This document shows, in pieces, positions 8,359-15,798 of a stretch of DNA of 64,000 nucleotides. Origin of the DNA: Candidatus Eiseniibacteriota bacterium (lineage in GTDB: Bacteria; Eisenbacteria; RBG-16-71-46; JABDJR01); contig CAWANH010000028.1 of NCBI GenBank assembly GCA_963783375.1, positions 960,001 through 1,024,000 on the forward strand, written 5' to 3'. Within the stretch, counting starts at the first letter, position 1, and every line of letters starts with the position of its first letter. Below the pieces are notes generated by a model, which saw only the letters and a program-made list of their open reading frames with translations, was not told where the DNA came from and made no database searches. A program made the translations under genes and the position numbers.

Positions 8359-10467
8359 TTGAGCACAGACAGGAAGACCGCCGTGGGTGATAGATTGCCC
8401 CTCGAGGAGGAGGGGAAGGACAGACTGTCCCTCGATTCCGGGGACCCGGCCTCCCGGCCGGAAGTGGACATCTTTCCCGCCGTCGAGAGCGGCGGTGACG
8501 GCTACGCCCTTGCCCCCGAGCTGCCCCCGATCGAACGGGGCGGCGTTCCCCAAGCCGGCTGGGGGGAGGGGGACGACGGGTTCTCTCCGGTGACCGAAGC
8601 GCGTCCCGCCGGCGATGCCGAGGAGCGCGAGGCCTACGGCCGGAGCCTGACCGGCTCCGCCGACGAGGCGCCGGCGACGGAGAGCGTGCTCAGCGACCAC
8701 ATCCTGGGTCTGGACGAGGACGAGACGGAGGAGGAGTCGCCGGGCGAGTCCACTCCCGAGGTCGCCCAGGTTCGCAAGCTCGCCCGCTCCCTCTCCAAGG
8801 CGGTCAAGGCGGTCCGGCTCTATCCGGTGGAGAACCCCATGTGCCGCCGGTTCGCCGATGATCTCGCCGATCGTATCACCGAGACCTTCAAGCTCATGGA
8901 TGCGCTCCGGCTCACCGTCGGGAAGACCAAGCTCTTCTTCACCGGCGAGACGGTTCTCCAGGAGGAAGGCCGCGACGACTCCGTTCCCGCGCGCCTCTTC
9001 TGGGACGGCATCCGGGAGATCTCCTTCCACGTGGGGATCACCCGTCAGGAAGTGCTCGACTTCCTGACCTTGTTCCGCAAGAGCGCGCTCAAGGTGGTGG
9101 ATGGGGAGGACGACTTCGTCACCCTCCTCTGGGAAGGGCGGTTCGAGCACATCACCTACATCGCCATCGACGACATTCTCGATTTCAACAACGCCGAGGA
9201 CCCGATTCCCGAGGAATTCGGGAAGGAGTACATGAACTACGTCGACCTGGAGATGCACAACCTCGAGGACGACGAGGAGACCGAGCGGGCGGCCAACGAA
9301 ATCGCCGAGCAGATCCGGGCCAAGATCCTGGCCGAGGACGATCCCGAGCTGTTCGGAATCAGCCGACAGGAGCGGGAGGCCCTCCTGGAGGAGATCGCCG
9401 AGGAGGAGTCCCCGCGCATCCTGGGCGACATCGTCCGTCTCATCTGCGAGACCCTCTTCCTGGAGAAGGACGAGGCCTCGTTCGTGAGCCTGGTTCAGGT
9501 TCTCTCCGGGGCCATGCTGGGGCTCATCGGGGAAGGGCGGCTCCGCGAGGCCGCCGAGATCATCAACATGCTGCGTGAAATCGGCGCGGACCGGGAGGAT
9601 CTCACCGCCGGCATGTCCACCGTGATCGAGGCCGGGCTCCGGGCCGCCTGGGACGACACCCGCTGCGAATCACTGGCCCGCCATCTCGACGCCGGTCGAA
9701 CCTCGGCCCTGGCTCCCCTGGAGCGCTTCATCCGGGTCCTCCCGGAGGAGGCCATCGGTTCGCTCTGCGAGGTGATGGGCCGGCTGGAGAGTCCCCGGGC
9801 CCGGCGGCGGCTCATCGCCGCCCTGATCGAGAAGGCGGAGGGCAACGTGGTTCCCTTCCTCCCGTTCCTGAAGGACGAGCGCTGGTTCCTGGTCCGGAAC
9901 GTGGCGATCATCCTGGGGGCGATGAAGAGCGATCAGGCGGTGACCCCTTTGAAGGAACTGCTGCGCCACCCCGATTTCCGGGTCCGGCGGGAGGCGCTCA
10001 GCGCCCTGAGCCAGGTCGGACGGGGACGGGCGATGGACGTCCTGGTGGAGTGCCTCTTCGACCCGGATCAGCGAATCCGGGCCGGGGCGGCGCGGAACCT
10101 CGCTCTGAGCGGGCGCCGTGCCGTGCCCAACCTCCTCCTCGTCGTCGAGGAAAAGGATTTCGACCAGCGCGACTTGAGCGAGAAGCGCGCGTTCTTCGAG
10201 GCCCTGGGCTTCGCGGGGGGGAAGGACTTGCTTCCCCTCATGCGCGACGTCCTCGGCCGGAGGAGCCTGTTCCGCCGGACCCAGACCGACGAGCTTCGGG
10301 CCTGCGCCTGTGAATCGTTGGGCTGGATCGGCGGCCCCGAAGCTCAGGAACTCCTCTCCCGGCACCTGGAAGACCGATCCATCCTTGTCCGCACCGCCGC
10401 CCAGTCCGGGCTCCGTCGGATCGCCAAGGGAAGCGGCGGGGAATCGATCGTCAAGGAGGCGGCCTGA
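8359..10467 (+). CDS. HEAT-repeat protein with acidic N-terminal extension
   Basis: Repeats DERWFLVRNVAIILG, HPDFRVRREALSAL, DPDQRIRAGAARNL, DRSILVRTAA; start uncertain (8359 TTG or 8383 GTG). Confidence 0.82.
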   Translation: MSTDRKTAVGDRLPLEEEGKDRLSLDSGDPASRPEVDIFPAVESGGDGYALAPELPPIERGGVPQAGWGEGDDGFSPVTEARPAGDAEEREAYGRSLTGSADEAPATESVLSDHILGLDEDETEEESPGESTPEVAQVRKLARSLSKAVKAVRLYPVENPMCRRFADDLADRITETFKLMDALRLTVGKTKLFFTGETVLQEEGRDDSVPARLFWDGIREISFHVGITRQEVLDFLTLFRKSALKVVDGEDDFVTLLWEGRFEHITYIAIDDILDFNNAEDPIPEEFGKEYMNYVDLEMHNLEDDEETERAANEIAEQIRAKILAEDDPELFGISRQEREALLEEIAEEESPRILGDIVRLICETLFLEKDEASFVSLVQVLSGAMLGLIGEGRLREAAEIINMLREIGADREDLTAGMSTVIEAGLRAAWDDTRCESLARHLDAGRTSALAPLERFIRVLPEEAIGSLCEVMGRLESPRARRRLIAALIEKAEGNVVPFLPFLKDERWFLVRNVAIILGAMKSDQAVTPLKELLRHPDFRVRREALSALSQVGRGRAMDVLVECLFDPDQRIRAGAARNLALSGRRAVPNLLLVVEEKDFDQRDLSEKRAFFEALGFAGGKDLLPLMRDVLGRRSLFRRTQTDELRACACESLGWIGGPEAQELLSRHLEDRSILVRTAAQSGLRRIAKGSGGESIVKEAA

Positions 10468-11921
10468 TGGCTCTGGGCGAACACCTCTCCGCGAGCCTGT
10501 CCGAGGACCCCCAGACCCTGGGCCGGGAACTGGTGCGGGCGTTCCAGGTGGCGCTCCGCACCGCCCGCACCCACGGCTGGAACAACGAGGCCAGCCTGGC
10601 CGCGATGGAGGCCCTGGTCACCGCGGTCAACAACGTGGTCGCGGCCCGCGGGGATTTCGGACTCCACGTGGCCAGCGATTTCCTGTATCTCGACGACGCG
10701 CGGCTCCGCGTGGACACGGCCGGCTACGGGTTCATGGAGGTCCTGATCGGCGAGCTGACCACCCGGGGAGTGGGGAGTCTGTTCATCTCGAGTCGGACCA
10801 CCGCGGACCAGGTCCGCCAGCTGGTGGACGTCCTGAACGAGCAGTCGGTGGGAGACGAGGAGACCGCCGCCCTCATCAACCAGAAACTGGACTCGTTCGA
10901 GTCGCCGTTCGCGGTGGGTCCGGTCCGGGAGATGAACGATCTCCTGAGCCTCGAGACCCAGCAGGTGGACCGGCGGGAGCGGTGCAAGAAGGCGTTCTTC
11001 AAGGCGGTCACCGTGACCAAGGCGATCATGGCCCAGGCCCATCTGGGAAAGCGGCTGGAGCTCCGGCACGCCAAGCGGGTGGTGCAGGACATGGTCGATC
11101 TCATGATGGACGAGGAGTTCACCCTGCTCGGCCTCACCACCCTGAAATCCCACGACAACTACACGTTCTATCACTCGGTGAACGTCTGCATCTACTCCCT
11201 GGCCCTGGCCAAGCGGGCCGGCTTCACCCGCACCCAGCTGGCCGAGCTGGGGGTGGCCGCGCTCTTCCACGATCTCGGCAAGTCCAAGATCCCCCTCGAA
11301 ATCCTGCGCAAGCCGGGGGCGTTCACCGCCGGGGAGTGGGACGTCATGAAGACCCATCCCGAGATGGGGGTGAAGGAGCTGGTCCGGATGCGGGGGCTGT
11401 CCGCCCTGGCCTTCAAGTCCATGCTGGCCTGCTTCGAGCATCACCTGAACTACAATCAGGCTCCCGGGGGCTACCCCCGGTTGCGCAAGCCCTATCGTCC
11501 CCATCCCATCGGTCGGATCGTGGCCGTGGCTGACGCCTTCGACGCCATGACCACCAAGCGGGTCTACGTCAAGAAGGCCACCCCGCGGGACAAGGCGCTC
11601 TCGTACATGATGAGCCAGGCGGGGAGCAAGTTCGATCCGGTACTCATGCGGCTCTTCGCCAACATGATCGGGGTCTTCCCGGTGGGGACCGCGGTCCGGC
11701 TCAAGAGCGGCCGCTTGGCCGTGGTGCTCGCGGTGGCCGAAGACTCGAACCTCTGCCACCGGCCGGTGGTGCGGCCGGTCACCGACGAGAACGGAATCCA
11801 GCGGGAGTACCCGGAAATCGACCTCTCCAAGAAGGGCGCCGAAGGCGCCTATCCGGACGAGGTCCAGGCCACCGTGGACGCGGAGGCCCTCGGGCTCGAC
11901 ATCTCCAAGTATTTCATCTAA
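10467..11921 (+). CDS. HD-GYP domain phosphodiesterase
   Basis: HSVNV, HDLGK, HP..G, EHH...GGYP, ADAFDAMT; TGATG overlap with the HEAT gene. Confidence 0.88.
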   Translation: MALGEHLSASLSEDPQTLGRELVRAFQVALRTARTHGWNNEASLAAMEALVTAVNNVVAARGDFGLHVASDFLYLDDARLRVDTAGYGFMEVLIGELTTRGVGSLFISSRTTADQVRQLVDVLNEQSVGDEETAALINQKLDSFESPFAVGPVREMNDLLSLETQQVDRRERCKKAFFKAVTVTKAIMAQAHLGKRLELRHAKRVVQDMVDLMMDEEFTLLGLTTLKSHDNYTFYHSVNVCIYSLALAKRAGFTRTQLAELGVAALFHDLGKSKIPLEILRKPGAFTAGEWDVMKTHPEMGVKELVRMRGLSALAFKSMLACFEHHLNYNQAPGGYPRLRKPYRPHPIGRIVAVADAFDAMTTKRVYVKKATPRDKALSYMMSQAGSKFDPVLMRLFANMIGVFPVGTAVRLKSGRLAVVLAVAEDSNLCHRPVVRPVTDENGIQREYPEIDLSKKGAEGAYPDEVQATVDAEALGLDISKYFI

Positions 11922-11943
11922 TTGGAATCCTGGTCGACTTTGC

Positions 11944-11974
11944 GGGGAGGGGGGGCGCCGGGCCTCCCTCCCCC
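11944..11974 (+). terminator. GC-rich stem-loop after the HD-GYP gene (no U-tract)
   Basis: GGGGAGGGG...CCTCCCTCCCC imperfect inverted repeat. Confidence 0.35.
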
Positions 11975-11996
11975 TAATGCATCCTCCTCCCTCAGC

Positions 11997-12025
11997 TTGA
12001 CAGCTTCTCCCCCCTCCCCTATCCT
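11997..12025 (+). promoter_or_regulatory. Sigma70-type promoter for the lipoprotein/barrel pair
   Basis: TTGACA (11997-12002), 17-nt spacer, TATCCT (12020-12025). Confidence 0.65.
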
Positions 12026-12119
12026 TCGCAGTCGCTTTCGCTCTCCCCCTCTCAGGCTGCCGAGGCAGTTCTCTTTATTCCTCACAGTTCCATGACGACG
12101 ATCCAGGGAGGATCTCCTG

Positions 12120-12593
12120 GTGCACATACGGCGAACGGCCATCGGATTCCTGGCCTCGATGCTGGTCCTGGCGGCGGCCGGATGCACGAAGCTGGTGCCG
12201 GCGTCCATCAGCGACTTCGGAGCGGAGAAGACCGTGGTGGTCACCCTGCGGGATGGCGAGACCATCAAGGGGCACCTGGCTCGGGGAGAGCAAGTGACCT
12301 TCACCACCTTCGGCCGGGTCTACCGCGCCACCGTCGAGGAGGCGGACGAAACCGGTATCGTATTGTCCAAGCCGTACATCCAGGAGGAGTACGAGCGCTA
12401 CCGCATCCAGCGCGAACGGATGGAGGGCGCGGCGCTCCATATCCGCGACGAGACCGAACGCATCACCATTCCCGCCTACAAGATCGTCAAGGTGGACGAG
12501 GTGGCGATCGACAAGATGAAGTCCGCCCGGGCCGGGGGGTTCTGGGGGTTCACCGTCTTCGTCTTGGCCAAGATCATGAGTGCTCGGCTCTAA
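12120..12593 (+). CDS. Putative lipoprotein, hypothetical
   Basis: GTG start after GGGAGG; basic n-region, hydrophobic h-region, AAAG-C lipobox; hydrophobic C-terminal helix. Confidence 0.72.
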   Translation: MHIRRTAIGFLASMLVLAAAGCTKLVPASISDFGAEKTVVVTLRDGETIKGHLARGEQVTFTTFGRVYRATVEEADETGIVLSKPYIQEEYERYRIQRERMEGAALHIRDETERITIPAYKIVKVDEVAIDKMKSARAGGFWGFTVFVLAKIMSARL

Positions 12594-12627
12594 CGGGCTT
12601 CGTGACCGCCGAGTGGAGGGTCCTGCC

Positions 12628-14229
12628 TTGAAGTCATTCGCGCGTTTTCTGATTTCGGCCCTGGCCGGGGTGTCGATCCTCGCCGCCGCGCCGCCGGCGC
12701 GAGCCCAAACCGGGAGCAGTGCTTCCACCGACACGTTGAGCGTGGTCGGTCGGTCCTCCTGGGAGGCCGGTTTCCTCTCCATCTTCAATTTCGACCGGGT
12801 TCCGGTGGGCGCGCGGATGACGTCCATGGGGGGGGCCGGGATGGCGCTGGCCGGCGGGCCGGAGTACATGAGCCTGAACCCCGCCGCGCTTCTGGGAGTG
12901 GAGCGGCCCCAGCTGGAGTCCTCGGCCGTTTTCTATTCGGGCGGCACCTCGATCCAGGCCTTCCCCGAACTTCTCGACATCGGGCGGGCCCAGTTCCTGC
13001 AGAGCAAGGACTACCGGGTGAGCCCGTCCACCAAGCTGAACTACAACAACCTCTCCCTGGGCCTGCCCATGGTGATTCTGGGCGGCCGGGGAGGGCTGGG
13101 ACTGACCTACCGGCGCGAAGCCCGGACCGGCGAGGGATCCGAAGTCCGCGCCGTCCTCAAGGGGCCGTTCGCCGCGGGCCAGGAAGTGAACTTCGGCCGG
13201 GGGGACAAACCCGACGACGGCGTGGACGCCATCAGCCTGGGGGCGGCGCGATCGTTCGGGGGTTCCTTCGACCTGGGACTCGCCCTGAACTGGCAGACCG
13301 GCACCCTGCATCGCTCCGAGTCGTACGGGCTCTCCCAGTTCGGATTCGAATTCCTGAACGGAGGCTACAACTTCAGCCAGGACGTCTCCGGCTTCAACGT
13401 CGACCTGGGGGGGCGCGCGCACCTGGGACGGCTGCTCCTGGCCGGATCGATCCAGACGGCCCACGACCTGAACTTCAAGAACGGGTTTGCGAGGGTGGTC
13501 CCGGTACCCAACGATCTCGTGGAAACCAAGATCCTCGCCTACACCACCCTTCTCGATCACACGCTCTCGATTCCCACCGTCCTGGGGTTCGGCTCGGCTC
13601 TGGATCTCAGCGATCGGCTGACCCTGGTCGGCGACTACTGGATCCGCCCCTGGAGCAAGGTGGACGTCACCCGCCAGGAGATCACTCCGGAGATCGGCTT
13701 CTCCAACCCGCAGGACTCCACCAGCTACTTCATCAAGCTCGCGAACGGCAGCGGGACGGAAACCTTCAGCGCGGGGTTGGGGGACGCCAACAGCCTTCGC
13801 CTGGGCCTGGAGTACGCTCTGCATCGCTCGGCCCGGGTCCAGATCCCGATTCGTTTCGGATACCGTACGGAAAAGCTGGCCCTCAGCAACACCGTGATCC
13901 CCGGGAGCTATCAGTACTACACCGCAATGATCCGACGCTATTTCGACGGTGACGCCGCGGTGGGAGATTCCCTCCTCTACGTGGCTGAATTCTCCAACCT
14001 GGCGTTCCGGGGGAGCCCGGTCAAGGCCTCCGCTATCACCTTCGGGCTCGGGGTGGATATCGACGATTTCAGCGCCTCCCTCTCGGTGGAGCGGAAGAGC
14101 TACGACATCAACAACTTCTACCTCTACGGGTTCAACCCCGATCCGAAATACAATGCGAGCTTCCCCGCGGTCACCTCCGAGACCCGGCACATCCTCACCA
14201 TCGGTCTCACCTCCCGCATGCGGTTCTGA
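12628..14229 (+). CDS. Outer-membrane beta-barrel, FadL/PorV-like
   Basis: TTG start after GGAGG; signal peptide; VGARMTSMGGAGMA...LNPAAL signature; amphipathic strands; C-terminal Phe. Confidence 0.75.
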   Translation: MKSFARFLISALAGVSILAAAPPARAQTGSSASTDTLSVVGRSSWEAGFLSIFNFDRVPVGARMTSMGGAGMALAGGPEYMSLNPAALLGVERPQLESSAVFYSGGTSIQAFPELLDIGRAQFLQSKDYRVSPSTKLNYNNLSLGLPMVILGGRGGLGLTYRREARTGEGSEVRAVLKGPFAAGQEVNFGRGDKPDDGVDAISLGAARSFGGSFDLGLALNWQTGTLHRSESYGLSQFGFEFLNGGYNFSQDVSGFNVDLGGRAHLGRLLLAGSIQTAHDLNFKNGFARVVPVPNDLVETKILAYTTLLDHTLSIPTVLGFGSALDLSDRLTLVGDYWIRPWSKVDVTRQEITPEIGFSNPQDSTSYFIKLANGSGTETFSAGLGDANSLRLGLEYALHRSARVQIPIRFGYRTEKLALSNTVIPGSYQYYTAMIRRYFDGDAAVGDSLLYVAEFSNLAFRGSPVKASAITFGLGVDIDDFSASLSVERKSYDINNFYLYGFNPDPKYNASFPAVTSETRHILTIGLTSRMRF

Positions 14230-14410
14230 CCTTCGGTCACCAACCGGTCCCACGCTCCCGCGTCCCGCGCCGGGGCTCGGGCGAGCCGGACCCCGGGGAA
14301 CCGGTCCCCGCCCTGTCGAGCCGTGGGGCTAAAGCCGAGTTCCCATGAGGTCGAAAACGACATCAGGCCACCCGCCCCGCCCCGGGATGGGGTGCCTAGC
14401 CTGTATGTCT

Positions 14411-15538
14411 ATGAAAGAAAACACCTTAACTACCACCCAGGATCAACCGCGGGCGGCCGGGCGCCCCGTCAGGGAGCGCGAGGACGTTTACCAGCGCCTC
14501 GCTCATCACGAGCGGAGCCTGTGGCTTACCACGATCGCCATCGTGATCATGAGCGCGGCCACCCTGGCCATCCTCACCGTGGGCAGCGCCATGGCCGGGG
14601 TCTTCGCCGGCCCCTCCCGGGGGTTCGTGCTGGCCGGGGCCAGCTTCCTCTTCCTGGGATTCTTCATCGCCTACATCGGGGCCCAGCGGGACACCATCGA
14701 GCAGAACCGGGTCCGCATCTTCCGGGAGCTGGAGAGCCGCTCCTACCAGCTGGTTCAAGCCAATCAGGCGCTCAAGGAGGCCATGCGGACCCGCGACATC
14801 TTCCTCAATACCGTGTCCCATGAGCTCAAGACCCCGCTCACCTGCATCATCGCCTATGCGGAGTACCTGGCCGAGGAGACCCTGGAGCCGGGGGAGGTGC
14901 GAGGCCATTCCCGCACCATTCACGGCGAGGGACGAAACCTTCTCCGCCTGATCGATCAGGTGATGGACGTGACCCGGTTCCGCTCCGGGACCATGGTGCT
15001 GGAGCGACAACCGCTGGACCTGAACCGGATGGTCGCCCGGCTGGTGGACCAGAGGGCGGAGGAGGCGCGGGCCCGGGGGATCGATCTGGCCGGGGAGTTC
15101 AGTCAGGAACCGCTGTGCGCGCGGCTCGACCCGGGACGCATGGAAGAAGCCTTGGGAGCTATTCTCCATCGTTCCATCACCGCCAGCCCGTCCGGGACGC
15201 GGGTGACCGTCCACTGTCGCTACCTGGATGGAGGATGGGCCGAGGTCAGGGTCGTCGACAGTTCGCCCCGGATGAGTGAGGCGGACCGCGAGGCCCTGTT
15301 CCAGCCCTTCGCCCAGATGGAGCCCGAACCCACCGGCCGGAGCGGCGACCTGGGACTCGCCTTCCCCCTGGTGAAGCGGTTCGTGGTGGCTCATGGAGGG
15401 ATCATCGAGGTGGCGGACCACCAACCCTCCGGACTCGTCTACCGCATCCAGCTTCCCTTGATCGCCGCTTCCGAGGCCTCGGCGGACGATGCGGACGCGC
15501 CGGACGGAGCCGACGTGCCCCTCGACCAGGCGAGCTGA
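14411..15538 (+). CDS. Membrane sensor histidine kinase-like protein with degenerate HATPase domain
   Basis: Two TM helices; HisKA VSHELKTPLT; degenerate N/G1/G2 boxes; start may be 14345, 14405 or 14411. Confidence 0.8.
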   Translation: MKENTLTTTQDQPRAAGRPVREREDVYQRLAHHERSLWLTTIAIVIMSAATLAILTVGSAMAGVFAGPSRGFVLAGASFLFLGFFIAYIGAQRDTIEQNRVRIFRELESRSYQLVQANQALKEAMRTRDIFLNTVSHELKTPLTCIIAYAEYLAEETLEPGEVRGHSRTIHGEGRNLLRLIDQVMDVTRFRSGTMVLERQPLDLNRMVARLVDQRAEEARARGIDLAGEFSQEPLCARLDPGRMEEALGAILHRSITASPSGTRVTVHCRYLDGGWAEVRVVDSSPRMSEADREALFQPFAQMEPEPTGRSGDLGLAFPLVKRFVVAHGGIIEVADHQPSGLVYRIQLPLIAASEASADDADAPDGADVPLDQAS

Positions 15539-15665
15539 TACCCCTCCGCCGTCAATCCGCCCCCCCGACCCCGACCTCGCCCCCCTGAGCCGGAAACAGC
15601 CGTTTTTAGTTGTGCGTCACGCAATCGTCACCCGATCCCCGCCCGGCGCCCGGCGACCCGTCTCA

Positions 15666-15681
15666 ATACTAGATATTGTGG
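15666..15681. promoter_or_regulatory. NrdR box upstream of nrdJ
   Basis: ATACTAGATATTGTGG matches the acaCwAtATaTwGtgt consensus; weak second copy near 15697-15712. Confidence 0.75.
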
Positions 15682-15798
15682 CTTGCGGTACAATCAACTA
15701 CAGGAATTGGTGTTTTTCGCCTTGACGCTTGCCGGGGACCGGGCATAAACAGGTAGGCACCTCTTGACGTACCTTTTTTACTGGAGGGTGTACGACCT

